Assembly: GCA_031362565.1 (NCBI GenBank) | Contig: JANLSU010000012.1 | Coordinates: 1-11,259, forward strand | Direction: 5' to 3' | DNA: 11,259 nt | Source: a bacterium | Lineage (GTDB): Bacteria; Krumholzibacteriota; Krumholzibacteriia; G020349025 | Shown here: one piece after another, positions 1 through 7,124 of the stretch | Position numbering within the stretch: position 1 is the stretch's first letter | How the letters are laid out: every line of letters starts with the position of its first letter | Position numbers and translations under genes: made by a program | Notes under the pieces: model-generated | What the model was told of the DNA's origin: nothing | What the model saw: only the letters and a program-made list of their open reading frames with translations | Databases searched by the model: none

Positions 1-297
1 CGCCCGCACGCGGCTCGCCGCGGACGCCCGGCGTTGCGGGCGAGCTTGCGCCGGTCGTTGCGCGTGAAGCCACAGCGCTTGGCGGGCGAGCTCGCTGCGC
101 TCGCCGCCGGGCGGCGCGTTGCTGGTCGCTCATCAAGCCTGGGCAGCGCGCTCTCTTGGGCTCGCAGGCTAACGGCCATGGTTGGCGGCGCGTCACGGAT
201 GGCGATACGCCTTGGGCGCTCGCGGCCTTCCGCTGGTTGTTGCGGGGGCTGTAGCATGCGCGGGAGCTGCCGTTGGGGGTGGCTTGGGGAGGAACTT

Positions 298-678
298 ATG
301 CGACGGGTTGTGACTACGGGGAAGGCGCCGGTGCCGATTGGGCCTTATAGCCAGGGGGCCATTGCGGGGGCGTTTTTGTTTACGGCGGGACAGGTGGGAT
401 TGCATCCCGAGAATCACCAACTGGTGACGGGCGGAATCGAGGCCGAGACGCGGCGGGCGTTGGAAAACTTGCAGGGTATTGCGGAAGCGGCGGGGCGTTC
501 GCTCGAGGACGTCGTCAAGACGACGGTCTATCTGCTGACCATGGACGATTTCAAGGCCTTCAACGGCGTGTATGCGGGATTCTTTCCAACGCCGCCGCCG
601 GCGCGGACGACGGTCGCGGTTGCGGGGCTGCCGGCGGGGGCGCGCGTCGAGATCGAGGCGATCATCGCGCTCGGGTAA
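298..678 (+). CDS. ridA: RidA/YjgF/YER057c/UK114-family enamine/imine deaminase (126 aa)
   Basis: ATG at 298 with SD GGAGGA at 288-293. Motifs APxPIGPYSQ, LFTAGQVG, VVKTTVYL, FNxVYxxFF, PPARTTV (catalytic Arg) and LPxGAxVEIEAI. The 34-297 extension in the ORF track is low-complexity and not family-like. Confidence 0.93.
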   Translation: MRRVVTTGKAPVPIGPYSQGAIAGAFLFTAGQVGLHPENHQLVTGGIEAETRRALENLQGIAEAAGRSLEDVVKTTVYLLTMDDFKAFNGVYAGFFPTPPPARTTVAVAGLPAGARVEIEAIIALG

Positions 679-710
679 CGCCCCCAGGGCCCAGGCGTTT
701 GGACGCTCGC

Positions 711-739
711 TTGCCGGGGTTGGGCGCATGGCCTACCAT
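711..739 (+). promoter_or_regulatory. Putative sigma70 promoter for selC
   Basis: -35 TTGCCG (711-716), 17-nt spacer, -10 TACCAT (734-739), ending 33 nt upstream of the tRNA 5' end. Confidence 0.6.
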
Positions 740-772
740 GAGCGGCGGCCCGGCCAAAGCGGACCGGCCGAG

Positions 773-869
773 GGGAGTGGATCGGTCCTGGTGGGCCGCG
801 AGGGCTTCAAACCCTTTGTCGGGTGCTAATAACATCCGAGGTGGGTTCGATTCCCACACATTCCCGCCA
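773..869 (+). tRNA. selC: tRNA-Sec (anticodon UCA), 97 nt, encoded CCA
   Basis: 8-position acceptor stem GGGAGTGG/ACATTCCC (one G-U, inner G.A mismatch); 6-bp D stem CGGTCC/GGGCCG with 4-nt loop TGGT; anticodon arm GAGGG-CTTCAAA-CCCTT with TCA at 807-809; long variable arm TCGGGTG/CATCCGA; T arm GTGGG-TTCGATT-CCCAC; G discriminator then CCA at 867-869. This is the bacterial 8/5 tRNA-Sec fold. Confidence 0.97.
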
Positions 870-894
870 TGAGATCCTTAAGGGGAGGCAAGCA

Positions 895-1515
895 GTGGGC
901 GGCCGGGTGGCCGGCACTTTTTTTTGCGCCCTCGTCTGCACGGCGGCGAGTGCCGGGTTCGCGAACGACAGCGCTCCATTGACGGATCGCGGGCTCGCGC
1001 CGAGCGGCACGCCGTTTGGATTCCGGTTCGCGACCAACGCCGGGGCAAGGCCCGATGTAGCGCCGTGGCTGGTGCCGGAAGACTGGTTCGGGCGGTCGCC
1101 GGCGAAGGCGCCCTTGCGCACCTGGCAGCGCCGCAAGTCGCCGCGCACTGCGCTCTTCAGCTCGTTGCTCGTGCCGGGACTCGGGCAGTTGTACAACGAA
1201 CGCGAGTTCTGGGCGATGGTGGCCGCCGGGGTCGAGTTCTATTTTCTCGGCACCATGGTGGCCGAACAGCGGCAAACGAATCGTTGGCGCGTCGTCGCGA
1301 ACGCGACGAACGAGGATCGCGACAAGGTTCAGTTTCAACTGCATCGTGACAACCGGACGCAGGCGACGTGGCTCTTCGGTTTGTCGGCGCTGCTGAGTGG
1401 TGTGCAGTCGTACGTCGATGCACACATGTCCGATTTTGATGATTCTCCGCTGCCGATTCGCGCCGCGGTGCTGCCCGAAGCGGGCGCCGGCGCGGCCCTG
1501 CAATGGCGCTTCTAG
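895..1515 (+). CDS. DUF5683-like exported/membrane protein (about 206 aa), function unknown
   Basis: GTG at 895 with SD GGAGG at 884-888. Signal-peptide-like N terminus ([15 protein letters not shown]). Motifs [21 protein letters not shown] and YVDAHMxDF, two hydrophobic segments, C terminus LQWRF. The ORF-track start at 823 lies inside the tRNA. Start position is uncertain. Confidence 0.75.
   Translation: MGGRVAGTFFCALVCTAASAGFANDSAPLTDRGLAPSGTPFGFRFATNAGARPDVAPWLVPEDWFGRSPAKAPLRTWQRRKSPRTALFSSLLVPGLGQLYNEREFWAMVAAGVEFYFLGTMVAEQRQTNRWRVVANATNEDRDKVQFQLHRDNRTQATWLFGLSALLSGVQSYVDAHMSDFDDSPLPIRAAVLPEAGAGAALQWRF
902..925 (+). terminator. Candidate intrinsic terminator downstream of selC (overlaps the 5' end of the next CDS)
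   Basis: GCCGG-GTGG-CCGGC hairpin (902-915), AC, then T8 (918-925). The stem is short and is separated from the T tract by 2 nt. Confidence 0.5.
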
Positions 1516-1534
1516 GGAGACGACCGAAAACCGC

Positions 1535-3337
1535 ATGGATCCGAAACTGATTCGCAATTTCTGTGTCGTGGCCCACATCGACCATGGCAAGTCGACGCTC
1601 GCCGATCGCTTCCTGGAAGTGACGGGGACGCTGGCCAAGCGCGACATGCAGGCGCAAGTGCTGGACAGCATGGATCTCGAACGCGAGCGCGGCATCACCA
1701 TCAAGAGCCATCCGATTCGCATGACGTTCCCGTCCGCGGACGGCAACACCTACGTACTGAACTTGATCGACACGCCCGGTCACGTCGACTTCACGTATGA
1801 AGTGTCGCGCAGCATGGCGGCGTGTGAAGGCGTCATCCTGCTGGTCGACGCCGGCCAGGGGATCGAAGCGCAGACGCTGTCGAATCTCTATCTCGCCATC
1901 GAGAACGAATTGACCGTCATTCCGGTGATCAACAAGATCGACTTGCCGAGTGCGCAGGTGGAGGAGTTCACGCAACAGATCGTCGACCTGTTGGGGTGTG
2001 CGCCGGAAGAAGTCCTGCTGACGAGCGCCAAGACCGGCGTCGGGGTGCGCGAATTACTCGAGGCCGTGATCCGGATCGTGCCGGCGCCGGCCGGCGACGT
2101 GGATGCGACACCACGCGCCCTCATCTTCGATTCGCTCTTCGACCAGTTCGTGGGCGCAGTGGCCTACGTGCGGGTGCGCGAAGGTACGTTGCGCAAGAAC
2201 GAGCGCATCCGCTTCATGTCTACGGGTAAGGAATTCGAGATCCTCGAACTGGGATCGCTGCGCTTGGGGCGCATCCCGAGCGAGGAACTGGTGTCGGGCG
2301 AGGTGGGTTACGTGGTGTCCGGCGCCAAGAATGTGGCGGACACGCGCGTCGGCGACACGATCACCGATGCGGTGAATCCGGCCACCGAACCGCTGGCGGG
2401 ATACCGCGACTCCAAGCCGATGGTGCACAGCGGGTTCTATCCGGTGGAGACCGACGACTACGTCGAACTGCGCGAGGCGCTCGAGAAACTCAAGATGAAC
2501 GACTCGGCGCTGGTGTTCGAACCGGAGACTTCGGTGGCGCTCGGCTTCGGGTTCCGCTGCGGGTTCTTGGGCCTCTTGCACATGGAAGTCATCCAGGAGC
2601 GGCTCGAGCGCGAGTACAACATGAAGCTGATCGCCACGACGCCGAACGTCGTGTATGACGTCATGACGACCAAGGGCGTGCGCAAGTCCGTCGACAACCC
2701 AGCCGAGCTGCCGGATCCAGGTGAGATCGAATGGATCGAAGAGCCATTCGTGCGCGCCGAGATCATCACGCCGGTGGAATACGTCGGCGGAATCATGAAG
2801 TTGGCCCAGGACCGGCGCGGCGTGCACTTGGGGATGCAATATCTCGACCGCAAGCGGGTCGCGCTCAAGTACGAATTGCCGCTCTCCGAGATCATCTTCG
2901 ACTTCTTCGACAAGTTGAAGTCGTCATCACGCGGCCATGCGAGCCTCGACTACGAGTATCTCGAGCACCGGCGCGGTGAACTCGTGAAGCTGGACATCGC
3001 CTTGAATGGCGACCGGGTGGACGCTTTCTCGATCATTCTGCACCGCGACAAGGCCTTCTTCTATGGGCGCGATTTGACCGTGAAGCTCAAAGAACTGATT
3101 CCGCGCCAAATGTTCGAGGTCGCGATCCAGGCCTGCATCGGCAGCAAGGTCGTGGCGCGCACCAACATTGGCGCCATGCGCAAGAATGTCACCGCCAAGT
3201 GCTACGGCGGCGATATCTCGCGCAAGCGGAAGTTGCTCGAGAAGCAAAAAGAGGGCAAGAAGCGCATGAAGCAGGTCGGCAACGTCGAGGTGCCTCAGGA
3301 GGCATTCCTCGCGGTGCTGAAGTTGCGCCAAGACTAA
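1535..3337 (+). CDS. lepA: Elongation factor 4 (LepA GTPase), 600 aa
   Basis: [20 protein letters not shown] (G1), [19 protein letters not shown] (G3), NKID (G4), [14 protein letters not shown], and the C-terminal [28 protein letters not shown]. Confidence 0.99.
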   Translation: MDPKLIRNFCVVAHIDHGKSTLADRFLEVTGTLAKRDMQAQVLDSMDLERERGITIKSHPIRMTFPSADGNTYVLNLIDTPGHVDFTYEVSRSMAACEGVILLVDAGQGIEAQTLSNLYLAIENELTVIPVINKIDLPSAQVEEFTQQIVDLLGCAPEEVLLTSAKTGVGVRELLEAVIRIVPAPAGDVDATPRALIFDSLFDQFVGAVAYVRVREGTLRKNERIRFMSTGKEFEILELGSLRLGRIPSEELVSGEVGYVVSGAKNVADTRVGDTITDAVNPATEPLAGYRDSKPMVHSGFYPVETDDYVELREALEKLKMNDSALVFEPETSVALGFGFRCGFLGLLHMEVIQERLEREYNMKLIATTPNVVYDVMTTKGVRKSVDNPAELPDPGEIEWIEEPFVRAEIITPVEYVGGIMKLAQDRRGVHLGMQYLDRKRVALKYELPLSEIIFDFFDKLKSSSRGHASLDYEYLEHRRGELVKLDIALNGDRVDAFSIILHRDKAFFYGRDLTVKLKELIPRQMFEVAIQACIGSKVVARTNIGAMRKNVTAKCYGGDISRKRKLLEKQKEGKKRMKQVGNVEVPQEAFLAVLKLRQD

Positions 3338-3388
3338 TTGCGAATAGCGCGCCGCCCCGGAGCGGCGCAGCATTGGGGGATTCGGGAC

Positions 3389-4009
3389 ATGTCGCAGCGC
3401 AGCGCCAGCCAAACATGGCAAACGATACAGTCGTTCGGGATCGCTATTCTGCTGGCGCTGGTGTTCCGGCAGTTCGTCTTGCAGGCGTTCCGGATTCCAT
3501 CGCAGTCCATGGAGAATACGCTGCTGGTGGGCGACTTCCTGTTCGTGAACAAGTTTCTCTACGGCGCCAAGCTGCCGTTCGTGGAGACGCGCCTCCCGAA
3601 AGTGCGGGCGCCGCAGAAGGGCGACATCATCGTCTTCAAGGCGCCCACCGATGGGCGCGACTTCATCAAGCGCTGCGTGGCGGTGGCCGGCGACACGGTT
3701 CTGGTGCGCAACAAGGATCTCTATGTGAACGGCAAGCGGCCGGTGGAGCCGTTCGTGGTGCACAAGGATCGCCTCGTTCAGACGCCCGGCAGTCCGCGGG
3801 ATTTCTTCGGGCCGCTCATCGTGCCGCCAGGCCACATCTTCATGATGGGCGACAACCGCGACAACTCCGCCGACAGCCGCTACTGGGGGCCGCTGCCGAT
3901 CAGCAACGTCAAGGGCAAGGCGATGTTCATCTACTTCTCGATCGACACGCAGCGCGGTTTCTTCCCGCCCCATATCCGGCTCCGCCGCTTTGCCAACTTG
4001 ATTCATTGA
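3389..4009 (+). CDS. lepB: Signal peptidase I (206 aa, single N-terminal TM anchor)
   Basis: N-terminal TM segment, box B FRIPSQSMENTLLVGD (catalytic Ser), box D FIKRCVA (catalytic Lys), box E GDNRDNSADSRYWG. Directly follows lepA. Confidence 0.97.
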   Translation: MSQRSASQTWQTIQSFGIAILLALVFRQFVLQAFRIPSQSMENTLLVGDFLFVNKFLYGAKLPFVETRLPKVRAPQKGDIIVFKAPTDGRDFIKRCVAVAGDTVLVRNKDLYVNGKRPVEPFVVHKDRLVQTPGSPRDFFGPLIVPPGHIFMMGDNRDNSADSRYWGPLPISNVKGKAMFIYFSIDTQRGFFPPHIRLRRFANLIH

Positions 4010-4044
4010 AGAAGTGGCAACGCCGGCGCGCCGTGGCGCGTGAA

Positions 4045-5208
4045 ATGATGAGTGGATCGAATCCGAATCCGAATCCAACCGCCGGCGCCGACTTTGCCGT
4101 GTATGTGCACGTGCCGTACTGCCGCGTGCAGTGCCCCTACTGCACGTTCTTCACTGTCTTGCGCCCGGGCGATGCGGCGCCGATGCGGCGCTGGCTCCAA
4201 GCGGTCGAGAAGGAATGGCTGGCGCGTGTGCGCCCGCTCCTCCAGCGTGGCGATCACCTCCGGACGCTCTATCTGGGCGGCGGCACACCCAGCGATTTGC
4301 CGGGCGACGCGCTGGTGGCGTTTCTGGCGCAAGCGGGGCACGACGTGCCGGGCGGCTTGCAGGCGCTCGACGAAGTGACGATCGAATGCAACCCGGAGTC
4401 CGCGACGCCTTCGCTTCTCGATGCGCTTTGTGCGGTCGGTGTCGGACGCGTCAGCCTCGGCGTGCAGGCCCTCGATGACGACGATCTGCGGACGCTTGGA
4501 CGCGGCAACAACGCCACCGATGCACGCAGTGCGATTCGCGATGTCGCCGCCCGTTTCGCAGCCTGGAACGCCGACTTCATCCTCGGCATCCCCGGCTCGA
4601 ACGTCGGGCGGCTGGAGCGCGGCTTGGCGGAAGTTGTCGCCACCGGTGCGCCGCACCTGTCGTTCTACTGTTTGGAAATGCCGCCCGAGCGGGCGCGCCG
4701 GCTGGGTGATCCACAGACCACTGCCTCCGAGGGCGCCAAAGCCGATCTCTACGAATGGGCCTCGGCCTGGATCGAATCGCAGGGCTTCGAGCACTACGAA
4801 ATCTCCAATGCCGCGCGGCCGGGGTACCGGGCGCTCCACAACTCGGCCTACTGGGCGGGACGTCCGTACGTCGGGCTCGGGCCCGGGGCCCACTCCTTCG
4901 ATGGCCCGACGCGCCGCGCCAATGTGCCGGACCTGGGGCGCTACCTCGAGGCCGTCGAGGCGGGGGCGGAGGCGCCGCACACGCTGGAGGATCTGACGCC
5001 CACCATGCGGCGGGAGGAAGGGATTCTTGTCGGGCTGCGTCTCCGTGACGGGGTCTCGATCGTGGCGCTCGAACTCGAGCCCCGGCGCGCGCTCCTCGAG
5101 CGTCTGGACGCCGCGGGGCTCGCGCGCCTCGAGGGAGACCGTTTCCGGCTCACGCCGCGCGGCTGGCTGATCTCGGATTCCATTGTTTTACAATTAGTTG
5201 CGTCGTGA
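4045..5208 (+). CDS. hemW: Radical SAM heme chaperone HemW (HemN-like), about 387 aa
   Basis: YVHVPYCRVQCPYCTF (CX3CX2C), GGGTPS, TIECNP, RVSLGVQ, HYEISN, HNSAYW (HNxxYW of HemW) and YVGLGPGAHS. Position upstream of hrcA is typical. Start could be 4033, 4045 or 4048. Confidence 0.9.
   Translation: MMSGSNPNPNPTAGADFAVYVHVPYCRVQCPYCTFFTVLRPGDAAPMRRWLQAVEKEWLARVRPLLQRGDHLRTLYLGGGTPSDLPGDALVAFLAQAGHDVPGGLQALDEVTIECNPESATPSLLDALCAVGVGRVSLGVQALDDDDLRTLGRGNNATDARSAIRDVAARFAAWNADFILGIPGSNVGRLERGLAEVVATGAPHLSFYCLEMPPERARRLGDPQTTASEGAKADLYEWASAWIESQGFEHYEISNAARPGYRALHNSAYWAGRPYVGLGPGAHSFDGPTRRANVPDLGRYLEAVEAGAEAPHTLEDLTPTMRREEGILVGLRLRDGVSIVALELEPRRALLERLDAAGLARLEGDRFRLTPRGWLISDSIVLQLVAS
4059..4076 (+). 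repeat. Hexanucleotide tandem repeat (GAATCC)x3 encoding NPNPNP
   Basis: Three perfect copies directly visible in the HemW N-terminal coding region. Confidence 0.85.
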
Positions 5209-5227
5209 GCGTCGCCCGGGCCCCGGA

Positions 5228-5257
5228 TTGACAACGGCGGCCGGGCGCCGGTACATT
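5228..5257 (+). promoter_or_regulatory. Sigma70-type promoter of the hrcA-grpE-dnaK-dnaJ operon
   Basis: Perfect -35 TTGACA (5228-5233), 18-nt spacer, -10 TACATT (5252-5257), immediately upstream of the CIRCE element. Confidence 0.82.
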
Positions 5258-5264
5258 GGACTAT

Positions 5265-5291
5265 CTGGCAGTCGGCTGGCGTGAGTGCTAA
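5265..5291 (+). promoter_or_regulatory. CIRCE operator (HrcA binding site)
   Basis: CTGGCAGTC-N9-GAGTGCTAA versus consensus TTAGCACTC-N9-GAGTGCTAA: right arm 9/9, left arm 6/9, exact 9-nt spacer. Lies at the predicted transcription start, upstream of hrcA. Confidence 0.92.
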
Positions 5292-5388
5292 CCGACGGGC
5301 GGCCAACGGCGCGACCCAAGCCTCTCCGGCGACCGCGGGGCGCCCTGCATCGACCCGGACCCGAATGTCGCCGCGAGGAGCCGTGAAT

Positions 5389-6417
5389 TTGCAGCAGCTC
5401 AACGATCGCGAACGCACCATCTTCGAGGCGCTCGTCGACCTCTATGTGCGGGATGCGAGTCCGGTCAGCTCGGCGGCGCTGCACAAGGAACTGGGCGTCG
5501 ATCTGTCGAGTGCGACCATCCGAAATGTGCTGCACGGGCTCGAGGAGAAAGGGCTCCTGCAGCAGCCGCACACGTCCGCGGGGCGCGCGCCGACCGCCGA
5601 TGGCTACCGGCTGTATGTCGACCTGTGCTGCAAACCGGTGCGGCTGCCGGACGCCTGGGTGCAACGTATCTTCAACGAAGTGCAGTCGGCGAACGACGTG
5701 AGTGACATCCTTGGGCGCGTCTCGAAGCTCTTGGCCGCCATGTCGAGCAACGTCGGCGTCGGGTTAGCGCTCGCGACCGAGCCCGTGGCCCACGTGCAAC
5801 GCGTCGAGCTGGTCGGGATGGAAGGCGGCCGGGCGATGGTCGTCGTGACGCTCGACAACGGCGTTGTCCGGACCGAAGTTCTGGCTCTCGAGCGCGGCGT
5901 AGAGCAACCGACGCTCGAAGCGGCGGCACAGTTGCTGAACCAGATCGTCTGCGATCGCACCCCGGCCGCGGCGCGCCAGCATCTCGAACGCGCCGTGCTG
6001 GAGCGCATCGGGAACGGCAGTGACGTCGCGCAGCAGGTGGCGCGCCAGAAGGACCGGGTATTCGCCGACTGGCCGCATCCGACCCTGCACGTGCAGGGGG
6101 CAAGCGAAATCATGGGCCAGCCGGAGTTCACCGACCCGGCCAACCTGCGCAATCTGGTGCGCCTTCTCGATCATCCCGAAAGCTTGGAGTCGGTACTGGT
6201 CGAGCAGGTGCGCGGGGACGTGACCTCGATCACCATTGGCGGCGAATCACGCCGCGAGGAGTTGTCGCCGTTCAGCTTGGTGATGGCGCCGTGCACGATC
6301 GCCGGCCTGCCGGGTTTCTTCGGGATCTTGGGGCCGATGCGCATGCGCTATTCGCTGGCGCTGTCGCTCGTGAACAGTGTCGCGCAGAGCATGCGCGAGG
6401 CATCGGGCCCGCAATGA
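5389..6417 (+). CDS. hrcA: Heat-inducible transcription repressor HrcA (about 342 aa)
   Basis: LNDRERTIFEALVDLY..PVSS, LSSATIRNVLxxLEEKGLLQQPHTSAGRAPTxxGYRLYVD, ITIGGE and GILGPMRMRY. SD GAGGAG at 5375-5380 is spaced 8 nt from TTG 5389 but only 2 nt from GTG 5383, so TTG is preferred. Confidence 0.96.
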   Translation: MQQLNDRERTIFEALVDLYVRDASPVSSAALHKELGVDLSSATIRNVLHGLEEKGLLQQPHTSAGRAPTADGYRLYVDLCCKPVRLPDAWVQRIFNEVQSANDVSDILGRVSKLLAAMSSNVGVGLALATEPVAHVQRVELVGMEGGRAMVVVTLDNGVVRTEVLALERGVEQPTLEAAAQLLNQIVCDRTPAAARQHLERAVLERIGNGSDVAQQVARQKDRVFADWPHPTLHVQGASEIMGQPEFTDPANLRNLVRLLDHPESLESVLVEQVRGDVTSITIGGESRREELSPFSLVMAPCTIAGLPGFFGILGPMRMRYSLALSLVNSVAQSMREASGPQ

Positions 6418-6497
6418 AGTGGCGATCGGGTCGCGAGGGCGGGAGTGCAACGGACGCCGCCGCGGCACGTGCCGAGGACGAGAACCGTGGAGTAGGG

Positions 6498-7028
6498 ATG
6501 GATCAAAAGAACGAACCGGGCGCGACGAGCGCCGACGTGGACGGGCTCGAGGACGGTCCGGGTGGCCCGGACGGCGCCGCGGACAGCGCGCCGGTTGCGT
6601 CCCTCGAGACCGAGTACGCGGCCCTCAACGACCGCTATCTGCGCCTGGCGGCGGAATACGACAATTTCCGCAAGCGCACGGCGCGCGAATGGCGCGAGTA
6701 CCAGGGGCGCGCGACCGCCGAGGTGCTGCGCGAGATGCTGGAACTGGCCGACAACCTCGACCGGGCCCTCAAGGCGCCGTCCGAGGACACCGCGGCGCTC
6801 CGTAAGGGCGTCGACCTCATCGCCCAGCAGTTTCAGGCTAAGTTGCGCAAAATGGGCGTCGAGCCGATCAATGTCGTTGGACAGCCTTTCGACCCCGCGC
6901 GCCACGAGGCCGTGCTGATGGTGGAAAAGGACGGCGTGGAGAGCCAGCACGTCGTCGACGAAGTGCAACGTGGGTACACCCTGCAGGGCGAAGTCCTGCG
7001 GCCGGCTCGGGTGACTGTCGCCCAGTAA
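6498..7028 (+). CDS. grpE: Nucleotide exchange factor GrpE (176 aa; 204 aa if it starts at ATG 6414)
   Basis: RYLRLAAEYDNFRKRT, DNLDRAL, GQPFDPARHEAV and GYTLQGEVLRPARVTV. ATG 6498 has GGAG at 6489-6492. The alternative ATG 6414 overlaps the hrcA stop (ATGA). Confidence 0.96.
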   Translation: MDQKNEPGATSADVDGLEDGPGGPDGAADSAPVASLETEYAALNDRYLRLAAEYDNFRKRTAREWREYQGRATAEVLREMLELADNLDRALKAPSEDTAALRKGVDLIAQQFQAKLRKMGVEPINVVGQPFDPARHEAVLMVEKDGVESQHVVDEVQRGYTLQGEVLRPARVTVAQ

Positions 7029-7124
7029 GGGGCGGCTGCTGACCGCGGCGCGCATGAAGGCGCAGCCGCAACAACGCGAACTCAAACGTGCCGGGACGCA
7101 ACCCGGGTTTCGAGGAGGATCAGA

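Noticed and set aside
228..257. Possible ridA promoter (TTCCGC, 18 nt, TAGCAT)
   Set aside because: The -35 match is too poor to call from sequence alone.
167..278. Integron attC-like ends (GGCTAAC ... GTTGGGG)
   Set aside because: The ends are not complementary beyond AAC/GTT, there is no L-box pairing, and no integrase or cassette array is present.
740..770. GAGCGGCGGCC shared between the selC leader (740-750) and the dnaK-dnaJ hairpin (9132-9142)
   Set aside because: An 11-mer that is almost all G/C with only two copies is expected by chance at this GC content.
980..1060. Sec read-through of the UGA ending the ATG-869 mini-ORF next to selC
   Set aside because: The extended peptide is short, low-complexity and has no Cys/Sec motif. 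It overlaps the real CDS and its ATG has no SD.
3199..4044. N-terminal extension making HemW 669 aa
   Set aside because: It overlaps the lepA end and all of lepB in another frame and is Arg/Ala/Gly low-complexity. HemW similarity begins only after about 4045.
4007..4051. lepB UGA followed by a hairpin (CGCGC-CGTG-GCGCG, 4027-4040) resembling a bacterial SECIS, then tandem TGA TGA
   Set aside because: LepB ends at its normal C terminus (IRLRRFANLIH). Read-through would add only 12 non-conserved-looking residues with no redox motif, and SECIS-like geometry is common by chance in GC-rich DNA.
6425..6451. Possible second CIRCE (GAGTGCAAC at 6443-6451) upstream of grpE
   Set aside because: The position-matched left arm ATCGGGTCG does not resemble TTAGCACTC, and I see no promoter nearby.
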